From an uncultured virus (IMG/VR IMGVR_UViG_3300037516_001099) (taxonomy: Duplodnaviria; Heunggongvirae; Uroviricota; Caudoviricetes): a stretch of 64,000 nt of DNA. Every line of letters begins with the position of its first letter. Position 1 is the first letter of the stretch. The position numbers were made by a program, and so were the translations under genes. The notes under the pieces were generated by a model. The model was given only the letters and a program-made list of their open reading frames with translations, was not told where the DNA came from and ran no database searches. This document shows positions 47,622 through 56,649 of this stretch, one piece after another. The DNA is taken from the IMG/VR virus record IMGVR_UViG_3300037516_001099; one strand, given 5' to 3'.

Positions 47622-47696
47622 ATGTCAGTTATTACACTACGACCGGTTGGCTCTAGTACACTCTACACCGCTAAGGAGGCGGACCGTGTAGCGTAA
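47622..47696 (+). CDS. 24-aa micro-ORF behind a late-promoter-like AATAAATA
   Basis: MSVITLRPVGSSTLYTAKEADRVA; N-terminus resembles the LRR protein's SITLLP; both are preceded by AGTAATATG. Confidence 0.4.
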   Translation: MSVITLRPVGSSTLYTAKEADRVA

Positions 47697-47709
47697 CAAT
47701 AGACCAACC
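47645..47709. other. GC-rich imperfect hairpin with TAAGGAG loop
   Basis: Pairings GGTTGG/CCAACC, TCTA/TAGA, CTACAC/GTGTAG and CGC/GCG. Confidence 0.6.
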
Positions 47710-47717
47710 ATCATGGC

Positions 47718-47954
47718 ATGATTACCGAGCATAAATTAACTATAATTGATGTAACAGCTGACAAGTGGTTGTTATTCTATAATGAGGAAACAAATATTAT
47801 GTTATGTGAACCATTTCAGGGCAGCGGGTCGTATATATGTGCATCTGTTTTAGTAGTGGCGGACACGCTTGAAGAATGTAATGCATTTATCGCGCAGAAA
47901 AAAATAGCAAACCCGTTTAGGTTTGTACAAGATAACACACCAGAATCTGAATAA
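47718..47954 (+). CDS. Hypothetical protein, paralog B
   Basis: Paralog of 47362. Confidence 0.75.
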   Translation: MITEHKLTIIDVTADKWLLFYNEETNIMLCEPFQGSGSYICASVLVVADTLEECNAFIAQKKIANPFRFVQDNTPESE

Positions 47955-47961
47955 GATCATT

Positions 47962-47969
47962 TATAAATA
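47962..47969 (+). promoter_or_regulatory. Late promoter TATAAATA
   Basis: 5 nt before ATG 47975. Confidence 0.75.
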
Positions 47970-47974
47970 AGTAT

Positions 47975-49594
47975 ATGCCAATTCAACCAATTAATTTAGG
48001 GCCGTATGTATTAAACTCTCCAACCGAGGCAGAGAAAGGGCATATACGCGAGAGTTTGAATCTTGGATCGTCTGCTTTATTAGACGGTGCCTTCGTTGAT
48101 AGTAACAGAATTGTTTTCACCGACCCAAATAATAATCAGCGTACAATTACTCTTGATAAAACTTTGCTAACTTCGCCGGTAGCTGATCGCTTACGGACAC
48201 CTCGTGTTTTAGCAGTGACTGGTCACGTTACGACGACCAGTCCAATCCCAACCTTCGATGGTACTGCTAACGTTAATATTCCAGTTACAATCAATGATGG
48301 AGTAATTAGTGAATCAAAATTAGCAGCTAATGCAGTAGTTGGCGCAAAGATTAAAAACGGTACAATAACTCCAGACAAATTATCAGCCGGAGCTCCTACA
48401 TGGACGTCAAACTCAATTAATTTACCTCCTGGAATTGATCTTGGATACGATATAACTGTAGCTGGTGATAGTTATATAGACTTTCATTCGTCTTTCCCAA
48501 TAGTTGAATATGATGCTCGTATATGGCGCAAATCTGGAGTCAATGGTGCACTTGATATACTCAATATTGGAACTGGAAACATAAATATTGGTGGTGGACT
48601 CTCTGTAGAACAATCAAATACAGTTACCTCTACGCGTCAGCGTATTGGAGCACTGGAAATTATTGACAATCAAATTAATGGTACACATGCAAGTTATGTT
48701 GAGCTTGCACTTAACTATGAAAATAGCGATAGTACATTTACAAATTTCTTAAATACTACGGTCTATAATGGCAAAAGAGAAATGGTTGCAAAGTTTTTTG
48801 GAGAGACAAAAACACTCGAGACATCCGGCCCATGTCGTTCTATAACAAATAATCAGACTAATCAAGCATCTGCCGGACTTGAATCACGCACAGCTTCTGC
48901 TGGAAATGCTTTGATTGCGTTAAATGCAAACTCATCTGCAACTCTGCTACGTCATGTTCGTAACGGATCTGGAGTTGAAATACGCAATTCAGCTGACACT
49001 GAGTATGCTCCGCTGAAAGCTTCTAGTATTACATCAATAGGTAATACTATTGTAAACAATAACAGTCCTACTTTAATCTTGCAAGACACCGATGGTCGTA
49101 GCGGAATGGTGCAAGTAAATGCTAATGAATTTTCTGTACTGCGAGGAAGCGGCACAAATTCTATAGACTCGACTGCTTTTAACAACCTTTGGCCACTCGT
49201 AATTGACTTAGAAACTAATGCCTCTGCATTTGGTGGGGATGTGACTGTTAACGGCACACTACGCTCAACTGGAGATATTATTGCTTATTCGACATCAGAT
49301 AAAAGTCTTAAAACTAATATACAGCCGATTAGTCAGCCACTAAGTAAATTACAAAAAATAAATGGAGTAACATTTGACTGGGATACGTCTAAGCAAGATA
49401 CCTTTTCCGGTTCTGACATTGGTGTCCTTGCCCAAGAAATTGAAGAGATTTTACCAGATGCAGTTTGTACCCGAGAAGATGGATACAAAGCAGTTAAGTA
49501 TGAAAAAATAATTCCACTACTAATTGAATCTGTAAAAGAACTTACGGCGTTGGTAGAAACTCTTCAAACAAAAATAGCAAATTTAGAAAATTAA
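47975..49594 (+). CDS. Tail fibre with C-terminal intramolecular chaperone (peptidase S74)
   Basis: SDKSLKTNI cleavage motif, GV.FDW, G.LAQE, V.YEK..P.LIE..KEL coiled coil. Confidence 0.9.
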   Translation: MPIQPINLGPYVLNSPTEAEKGHIRESLNLGSSALLDGAFVDSNRIVFTDPNNNQRTITLDKTLLTSPVADRLRTPRVLAVTGHVTTTSPIPTFDGTANVNIPVTINDGVISESKLAANAVVGAKIKNGTITPDKLSAGAPTWTSNSINLPPGIDLGYDITVAGDSYIDFHSSFPIVEYDARIWRKSGVNGALDILNIGTGNINIGGGLSVEQSNTVTSTRQRIGALEIIDNQINGTHASYVELALNYENSDSTFTNFLNTTVYNGKREMVAKFFGETKTLETSGPCRSITNNQTNQASAGLESRTASAGNALIALNANSSATLLRHVRNGSGVEIRNSADTEYAPLKASSITSIGNTIVNNNSPTLILQDTDGRSGMVQVNANEFSVLRGSGTNSIDSTAFNNLWPLVIDLETNASAFGGDVTVNGTLRSTGDIIAYSTSDKSLKTNIQPISQPLSKLQKINGVTFDWDTSKQDTFSGSDIGVLAQEIEEILPDAVCTREDGYKAVKYEKIIPLLIESVKELTALVETLQTKIANLEN

Positions 49595-49600
49595 TAAATT

Positions 49601-50206
49601 ATGCCAAGTACATTTATTGAAAGTACAAATATTAGTTTTTCGTCTTTAAACACTCTAAAAAATACATTAGAGACAACAAGTGCAACTACAGCAAATACAT
49701 CGCTAAATGCATTGCGCAATTGGTTTAGGGATCGTGTTGGAAATACTGGAAATTTTACTCATACCGGCGCCGATAATACTGCTATTAACATATCGCAATT
49801 TTCTGAACGATTTATCTATGGGTTTTATGCAAATGGTTTTAGTGAAAGTATAGACAATACATATTATGATAATAATGATGGCGGAGTGACATTTCAGTGG
49901 GCATGGGGCGACAATAATGCAAACCAATTCGCGTTTTATCTTGCTGGGCGTGGATGGGTAACCCCAAATGCTAATGGAGGGACAAATACTGGAACTGCTT
50001 TTCATTCTTTAAGTGGAGCATTTAACGCGTCAAATACGTCTACTAATTACCAATGTTATGTGCAACATCGTGGAGATACATCTAGAGTTGGTTTTACTAT
50101 AAGAATTGGGTATGGAGGTGGCGGTACATTTTTAATACGCAATAATGGTGCCGAAACCGATATACGTACAACAGCAAAATTTTTCCCGGTTGATAAAAAT
50201 TTTTAA
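49601..50206 (+). CDS. Putative fibre-tip adhesin
   Basis: N-terminal ISFSSL...SL..L...INISQF pattern typical of genes following S74 fibres; Asn/Gly/aromatic-rich. Confidence 0.5.
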   Translation: MPSTFIESTNISFSSLNTLKNTLETTSATTANTSLNALRNWFRDRVGNTGNFTHTGADNTAINISQFSERFIYGFYANGFSESIDNTYYDNNDGGVTFQWAWGDNNANQFAFYLAGRGWVTPNANGGTNTGTAFHSLSGAFNASNTSTNYQCYVQHRGDTSRVGFTIRIGYGGGGTFLIRNNGAETDIRTTAKFFPVDKNF

Positions 50207-50209
50207 ATT

Positions 50210-51133
50210 ATGAGTTATTATAATGTACTAAGTGAAGACCTTTACAAATCAATCATAATTATAGAGCATAAAGATGTTTACAGGTTTGTAACATGTCGGG
50301 CTCAATATTGTGGCAACGAAATATTTCAAGACGAAAATATTGATTATATTTCAGTGTATGATTTATGCACTCGTGAATTGTGCACTATTCCAATTATAGA
50401 AATACTGCGTCATTATCACTACGATTTAGATAATTTCAAAGGAAATGATAAAACCGCATTAGCGAATATAGAAACTATTAATAGTTTTATTTTAAAATAT
50501 TCTAATGAAAATTCACAGTTAAAATTTAAGGACATTTATAATTTGGCAATAAAACCTGGATTAATTGATATAATTAATCCAAATGTAGAAAATTTTATTT
50601 TAAATTTTTTAAGTTATACTAATTTTGTATTGACTTTAGATGATGTTATTTCAAAAAATATAAGCGATGCTAGAAAACCATATGCTATAAAATGTTGCAA
50701 AATATTAATAAGCAAACGGGTAGATGAAATTTTATTAGAACTAAACACCATTAAAGCCCAGAGCGACGACGTAGAAGATCATGCTGATATTGATACAATT
50801 ATACAAATGTATATTGATGTATTAGAAGAAACAGATTATTCTACATGCGTTTCATTTGTAGACTATTTGAAAAATTGGCCGCCCCTATTATTACCAATGC
50901 CGGAAATGATAGATAAATTTATCTACAATATTTCTCAACTTAGCAATACTATTAATGATGAGTTTGTGGACTTTATGTCTATTGTAGACAATACGTTGAC
51001 ATCTGTTGAAATTCAAGAATTGTTAGACGAATTACAAAGTTTACAACCAGAATATAAATTAGGGGAAAAAGATTTAACTCCATATAAGAAATATTTGTCT
51101 AATAAATTAAATAATGAATATAAACAATCTTAG
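50210..51133 (+). CDS. Hypothetical protein (weak Tfa-like WP..P motif)
   Basis: 307-aa ORF; DYLKNWPPLLLPMP. Confidence 0.55.
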   Translation: MSYYNVLSEDLYKSIIIIEHKDVYRFVTCRAQYCGNEIFQDENIDYISVYDLCTRELCTIPIIEILRHYHYDLDNFKGNDKTALANIETINSFILKYSNENSQLKFKDIYNLAIKPGLIDIINPNVENFILNFLSYTNFVLTLDDVISKNISDARKPYAIKCCKILISKRVDEILLELNTIKAQSDDVEDHADIDTIIQMYIDVLEETDYSTCVSFVDYLKNWPPLLLPMPEMIDKFIYNISQLSNTINDEFVDFMSIVDNTLTSVEIQELLDELQSLQPEYKLGEKDLTPYKKYLSNKLNNEYKQS

Positions 51134-52148
51134 TGTAAATTCATTTGATATTGATTATCACACTACACGAAATAACCGAGCAAAATTAGACACTGGTTTT
51201 CATTGCAACTATAAATGTGAATTTTGTTATTACCTAACTCATTTGCATCTTAAGACTTCCTTTGAAAAGATAAAGGAGCGTATAGATTATATACAGTCTT
51301 ATGGTATAACACAAATTGATTTATCAGGAGGAGAAAGTTCAATACATAAAGATTGGTTCTCTATACTTGACTATTGTAACTCTAGATTTGAGAATATAAG
51401 TTGTCTGAGTAATGGTTCAGCTTTTTCAAATGAAAAATTTTTAGTACAATCTAAAGAACGAGGATTACGCGAAATACTTTTTAGTTTACATGGTTATAAT
51501 GAAGAGGTTCATGACTCTATAGTTGGAAAGGCAGGTGCATGGAAAAAAATACATGCCGCTATAGATCATTGTAAAAAACATGGATTGCGCGTTCGAATAA
51601 ACTGTACAGTCTATCAAAAAAATTATTCTGGTTTAGAGCGTTATGCTGAGATTATAAAAGACATAGACCCGTTCGAGGTTAATTTTTTAACACTCAACCA
51701 CTGGGATGACTCTAGTACATTTGAACCAATAGACGATTATACTGCACTTACTGACGGTATAAAACGGTGTATAGATCTTATAAAGGATCAGATAAAATTA
51801 ATCAACGTTCGCTACACACCATATTGTTTTATGGTTGGTTACGAAAAGTATGTATGTAATCAGTATCAACATATCTATGATATTTATGACTGGAACAAAG
51901 AAATATACAACGAAAAATTAGATGTTTCTAAATCATATTCAGTTAAAGAAAAAATCAATTTAGCACACGTTGCTGCTAAAGTTGAAAGATTACAAACCTA
52001 TAAAAAACCATTAAGTTGTATACGATGTAAATATTTTAATATTTGCGATGGCATAGAAAAACCGTCAAATGTAAAAGTGTTGCCTGTTCGTGGAGATAAA
52101 ATAACTGATGTAAACTATTATAGGAGAGATTTTTATGAAGTACAATGA
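51114..52148 (+). CDS. Radical SAM enzyme 1 (C-terminal CxxC..C cluster)
   Basis: CNYKCEFC, SGGES, SLHG, PYC, CIRCKYFNICDG. Confidence 0.9.
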   Translation: MNINNLSVNSFDIDYHTTRNNRAKLDTGFHCNYKCEFCYYLTHLHLKTSFEKIKERIDYIQSYGITQIDLSGGESSIHKDWFSILDYCNSRFENISCLSNGSAFSNEKFLVQSKERGLREILFSLHGYNEEVHDSIVGKAGAWKKIHAAIDHCKKHGLRVRINCTVYQKNYSGLERYAEIIKDIDPFEVNFLTLNHWDDSSTFEPIDDYTALTDGIKRCIDLIKDQIKLINVRYTPYCFMVGYEKYVCNQYQHIYDIYDWNKEIYNEKLDVSKSYSVKEKINLAHVAAKVERLQTYKKPLSCIRCKYFNICDGIEKPSNVKVLPVRGDKITDVNYYRRDFYEVQ

Positions 52149-52326
52149 GGAATCTATTGTTAGTTGCGGAATAAAAAATTATAGTCTTAAAACATTTGCG
52201 TGGAAACTTATTAATGCATGCACCGGACAACCGATGAGTTTTATTGATACTGATAAATTTGTGACATGCCCACATACAGAATGTAATTGTGATATACAGT
52301 GGAACTATGAAAAATACAAAATCTAA
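52135..52326 (+). CDS. Stand-alone Cys-rich (SPASM/twitch-like) domain
   Basis: 5 Cys; CGIKN shared with the 53280 C-terminus; AGGAGA 7 nt upstream. Confidence 0.55.
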   Translation: MKYNEESIVSCGIKNYSLKTFAWKLINACTGQPMSFIDTDKFVTCPHTECNCDIQWNYEKYKI

Positions 52327-53296
52327 ATTTTTAAGTTTAAACAATTCATATGATTTATACTTAAGTATGACGTGGATGACAGACAATGATCATGGCATAT
52401 GTGGTCATATATATGAAATTATAGATTATTATTTACTGCTTCATACAAAATTTAATGTTGGCATACTAATATGTGAAGACTTAAATTGGAATATTATTGA
52501 AAATTGTATACTCACCAAATATAATATTGAAGAGTCTATAATTTTAAAAATGAAACATAATACGATATTCAATTATAAACCCAAATATGTTGTTGGAAAG
52601 AATACTAACATACTATTTGTAGATGGAGGATTATATCGCGCATTTTATAAAAATGGTAATATATTGGAGTTTAAAAATATATTTTCTTTTCGGTGTTCTC
52701 CACTAGACACACATTATAATTTATCATATAAAAATCTCATATTGTTACAGGACAATCGAGTATATAGTGACGACGATAGAAAAATTTCAATAGACTATAA
52801 AAAGAAAATAAATTTTAAATATTATAAAAATATTAGTAGCAATGTAACTAAAACTGCAATGTTGTACTTAACTACTAATTGTCGGCGACTATGTAACATA
52901 TCAATACTTGATATTATTTTTACCTACAAATTTGACCGATATATTATCGTAACAAATACTCCTGAAATATACACTAATATTATAAAGGATTTTTCAAATA
53001 TAGAAATTTTAACGGCGCCAGTAGAAAATATTTTTGAAAAATTTGACGCGTACATCTATACACCCACAGGTAAAGACGGCAGTGCTGTATCAATATCATT
53101 TGATTGTAGTCCAAGATTTATTGCCGAGTGTGAATATTATTGTAAAGAAGTAATTTATCATGGCATTGATGACAAATATTTAGAAAGTGATACTGGACTA
53201 AAGTGGAGAAGTTACGATATTAAAAATGATTTTCAAAGTTTATATCTAGACGACTCTGACGAACTTATAGATATATTATATGACCGGCTTTCATGA
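52307..53296 (+). CDS. Putative GT-B-like glycosyltransferase
   Basis: HGICGH N-terminal loop; FDAYIYT...DCSPRFIAEC....KEVI resembles the GT-B donor-binding motif; start set at ATG 52307. Confidence 0.45.
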   Translation: MKNTKSKFLSLNNSYDLYLSMTWMTDNDHGICGHIYEIIDYYLLLHTKFNVGILICEDLNWNIIENCILTKYNIEESIILKMKHNTIFNYKPKYVVGKNTNILFVDGGLYRAFYKNGNILEFKNIFSFRCSPLDTHYNLSYKNLILLQDNRVYSDDDRKISIDYKKKINFKYYKNISSNVTKTAMLYLTTNCRRLCNISILDIIFTYKFDRYIIVTNTPEIYTNIIKDFSNIEILTAPVENIFEKFDAYIYTPTGKDGSAVSISFDCSPRFIAECEYYCKEVIYHGIDDKYLESDTGLKWRSYDIKNDFQSLYLDDSDELIDILYDRLS

Positions 53297-54305
53297 TAAA
53301 GTATCGTCTTTTGAAATTATTCAACACGCAGATTGGTTTGACTATGATTTAAAGGTTACACTTAAACCTTCATTTAAATGTAATCATCGCTGCTGGTTTT
53401 GCAATGAATATGATAATGCTACACAATCTTGGACGCAAGAACAGTGTGATCTTGTACTTGAAAAGTTGAAGGAAATACCACATAGTAAGAAAAAAATATT
53501 TTTTTACTTTTACGGTGGAGAGCCTACGCTTAGTAAGTATTGGGAATATCTAAATTACCAACTCGTTGAAATATTTCATGATCGTGAACTCTTTATACAA
53601 ACACAGACAAACCTTAGTCTGAGTCCGAAACGACTAGAGAATTTTTTACAACATATAAATTCGATAAAATCTAACTCTCATAAAATTGATATATGCAGTA
53701 GTTATCACTTAAATAAACAAAATGTGCATGAATTTATAGAAAAGATGCGCATATGTGATAAACATAATTCTTTAGGTTTTTGTTTTTTTAGTACTGAATT
53801 GTTACATAAAAACCAAACATTAGGAGAAATGCAATCAATTATTGAAGAGTATCCATCAAAATTAAAGATGCGATTTACTGAAATACACGATCTAGTAAAT
53901 CGTAATATTCCCGAATATGCTGAATATTTAAAAGATGAATATTTAGTTGGAACTGATGCTGGTAAGAGTTTGGAGTTTAGATATTGGTTAAAATACCATC
54001 CAGAATTAAAACAATATTTTGAAAATGGGTGGGACTTTAAAGTTAATGATGAGCACACAGTTAATTTTTCAGAGGTATCTGCATATAATATTCATATGAA
54101 ATTTAAATTTATGAAATGCGAATGCGGAATTAAAAATATGGTGATTGATCACAACTGTAAAGTATATCATTGCAATGACGATTTTTATAACAATCGAAAC
54201 ATTACTGATTTAAAACAATTAGATATGAATACATATTTAAATAAAGCAGTGCGTTGTTTAAACAACGTATGTTATGATGGTTTAGATCATAAAAAGACTT
54301 TATGA
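53280..54305 (+). CDS. Radical SAM enzyme 2
   Basis: CNHRCWFC, GGEPTL, SYH, Cys-rich C-terminus. Confidence 0.9.
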   Translation: MTGFHDKVSSFEIIQHADWFDYDLKVTLKPSFKCNHRCWFCNEYDNATQSWTQEQCDLVLEKLKEIPHSKKKIFFYFYGGEPTLSKYWEYLNYQLVEIFHDRELFIQTQTNLSLSPKRLENFLQHINSIKSNSHKIDICSSYHLNKQNVHEFIEKMRICDKHNSLGFCFFSTELLHKNQTLGEMQSIIEEYPSKLKMRFTEIHDLVNRNIPEYAEYLKDEYLVGTDAGKSLEFRYWLKYHPELKQYFENGWDFKVNDEHTVNFSEVSAYNIHMKFKFMKCECGIKNMVIDHNCKVYHCNDDFYNNRNITDLKQLDMNTYLNKAVRCLNNVCYDGLDHKKTL

Positions 54306-54922
54306 TAAGCATACTGATACCAACACACAATAGACCTCTTTTATTTAAGAGATGCATCAATAGCGTCTTGAATCAAAATACTGAAGTTGAATACGAAATT
54401 TTAGTTAACAATGACAGTGACGATATAGAAAAAATATATCACGACAAAATCCATATCGAATATTTTTATAAACACTACTCAGATCTGTCTCTTGTGTATA
54501 GACACCTGTTTGACTCTGCTAAATACCCATATGTATTTTACCTAGAAGACGATGACTATCTACTTCCAAATTTTTTTAAACATCTTGATTTTACAGTTGA
54601 TATAAATTTTTGCGAATATGTAAGTTTACCGCATATTGATGAAAGTATATCAACTGCATTAGAGCGCCAAAAAATTAACAAACGACACTCGTCTTTTACT
54701 GATGCAAAAAAATTTATAGATTATGCAAATACGGAATATTTTCAACTATCACAACTATGTGCATTTAAAAAGAATCTAATAGACAAATTCCCCAGCGGAA
54801 ATAATATAGAAAATGATCTGTTACTTTTTAAGAATATAAGTAAAAATGCAGCGTCGTTTAGGTATATTCCTAAAAAATTATGGGTACAAACTACTCATGG
54901 CGGAGATAATATTAGTTTTTAA
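54302..54922 (+). CDS. Family 2 glycosyltransferase
   Basis: ISILIPTHNR, ILVNND, LEDDD (DxD), END. Confidence 0.88.
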   Translation: MISILIPTHNRPLLFKRCINSVLNQNTEVEYEILVNNDSDDIEKIYHDKIHIEYFYKHYSDLSLVYRHLFDSAKYPYVFYLEDDDYLLPNFFKHLDFTVDINFCEYVSLPHIDESISTALERQKINKRHSSFTDAKKFIDYANTEYFQLSQLCAFKKNLIDKFPSGNNIENDLLLFKNISKNAASFRYIPKKLWVQTTHGGDNISF

Positions 54923-54928
54923 TAAAAT

Positions 54929-55675
54929 ATGAGTAGTGAATCAGCTGATTGCCCAGTATATCCAGTCTTTTGCAGACTTGCCTCAAATAATGATAGTATT
55001 TTTAATTCGTTTAAAACTAGTAATGTATATAATATCATATTAGAAAATCTTTCTTACGAAACTGGTATTGAATATATAAATTGTTTTAAACATAATAAAA
55101 TAATAATTGATAATATTAATAAGTTTAAAATAAATGATACTTTAGGACGTCCTAAAGTATATGAATATGAAATAGGATGGTTTTCACCCACGACATTGCA
55201 ATACATAAAAATTTTAAGTGATTTATTGAAATATAATTTAAATAATACTCATATTATAGAGATTGGTCCAGGATACGGAGGTCAATATACTATTTTAAGA
55301 CAATTATTTAAACCAATAAAATATACGTTTATTGATTTAGATCCGGTATTAAAATTAATTAAAAAATATGTATCGCGTTTGGGCTTAGACGATATTGAAT
55401 TAGAATATATAAATTATTTAGATTTACCTGATAAAAATATTTCAGACTTGGTTATTAGTAACTTTTCAATATCTGAATGTGATTATAATGTGCAAGACAA
55501 GTATATTAGTAGTATTATTAACCATTCGGCGCATGGTTATATTTTACATAATAATTTACGTGGGTATGATCATATTGAATTAATAAATAAATTAAAAAAT
55601 AATATTACTATTGATGAAAAACTTAAAAATATTGACAATACCGCGTTGTATAATACTGTATTGTTAACCTGGTAA
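54929..55675 (+). CDS. Putative sugar O-methyltransferase
   Basis: IIEIGPGYGG SAM-binding motif, IDL, SNFSISEC. Confidence 0.8.
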   Translation: MSSESADCPVYPVFCRLASNNDSIFNSFKTSNVYNIILENLSYETGIEYINCFKHNKIIIDNINKFKINDTLGRPKVYEYEIGWFSPTTLQYIKILSDLLKYNLNNTHIIEIGPGYGGQYTILRQLFKPIKYTFIDLDPVLKLIKKYVSRLGLDDIELEYINYLDLPDKNISDLVISNFSISECDYNVQDKYISSIINHSAHGYILHNNLRGYDHIELINKLKNNITIDEKLKNIDNTALYNTVLLTW

Positions 55676-55689
55676 TGGTAATTAAATAA

Positions 55690-56649
55690 ATGGAATATAT
55701 TGAACAATTTAGAATACCAAGTAAAGAACCAGCAGCTGGTTCTTATGGATTATCAAATTCATTTCGTTTGCATTGGGATATTAATACCATATGTGATAAA
55801 AACTGTTTTTATTGCTATGCTAGGCAACAATTAAAATGGAATGAGTTATCATCCAAGATTACTCTTGATAAAATTCTTGAACAACTTAAATTAATAGATA
55901 AGCCGCTTGAGGTAATTTTATTGGGCGGTGAGCCATCAATGCATCCATTATACTTTTATGTGTTGCGTGAATTGGATAAAATTGAAAATCTAAAATGTAG
56001 TGCAGTATTGAGCAATTGCGGTAAAATGGTTAACTACAAATGGATAGACCGCCACTCTCAGTTTAAAAAGTTTTGGTTTAATTTTTCGTTTCATCCGTCA
56101 GAAACTGATGACATCGATGAATATAATAAAAAAATATTGTATGCTAAGAAACAAGGATATAATGTTCTTGTACACATATTGCTGGTAGGGCATGCGTGGG
56201 ATGATAAAATATCAAAGGTTGTAAATTTTTGTACAGATAATGGTATTAATATGAAACCTAATGTTTTATATGCGCCTAAAGATAGCAGTGATTATTTAAA
56301 TACGTCAGACAAATATAAAAAATGGATTGCAACCTACAGCGATAAATTTGAAAAATATATTTACTTTTCCAAAAAAGCATTGCAAAGAAATGTGCCTGGA
56401 CATCAAGTGTTAACCGATTATGTAAAAGATGAAGACTATATTGTTCTCAATGATATTGATGTATATCTTAATAACCTAAATCAATTTAAAGGATGGAAAT
56501 GTCTACAAAACAATTATGTAGTTGAAGGAGCAAATAACGGTAAAATTGAAAGAATGTGCGATAAGACACAGACCGGTGAATATATGATATGTAATCTAGA
56601 TAAGTGTATGTGCCAAGGATTATTAAGTAATGAAAAATTTAAAGTATAA
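55690..56649 (+). CDS. Radical SAM enzyme 3
   Basis: CDKNCFYC, LGGEPS, SFH, F.GW.C...C...C....C.C. Confidence 0.9.
   Translation: MEYIEQFRIPSKEPAAGSYGLSNSFRLHWDINTICDKNCFYCYARQQLKWNELSSKITLDKILEQLKLIDKPLEVILLGGEPSMHPLYFYVLRELDKIENLKCSAVLSNCGKMVNYKWIDRHSQFKKFWFNFSFHPSETDDIDEYNKKILYAKKQGYNVLVHILLVGHAWDDKISKVVNFCTDNGINMKPNVLYAPKDSSDYLNTSDKYKKWIATYSDKFEKYIYFSKKALQRNVPGHQVLTDYVKDEDYIVLNDIDVYLNNLNQFKGWKCLQNNYVVEGANNGKIERMCDKTQTGEYMICNLDKCMCQGLLSNEKFKV

Noticed and set aside
47640..47712. tRNA, SRP RNA or a known self-cleaving ribozyme
   Set aside because: No cloverleaf or T-loop, no SRP helix-8 motif, no hammerhead CUGANGA/GAAA core; kept only as an unknown hairpin
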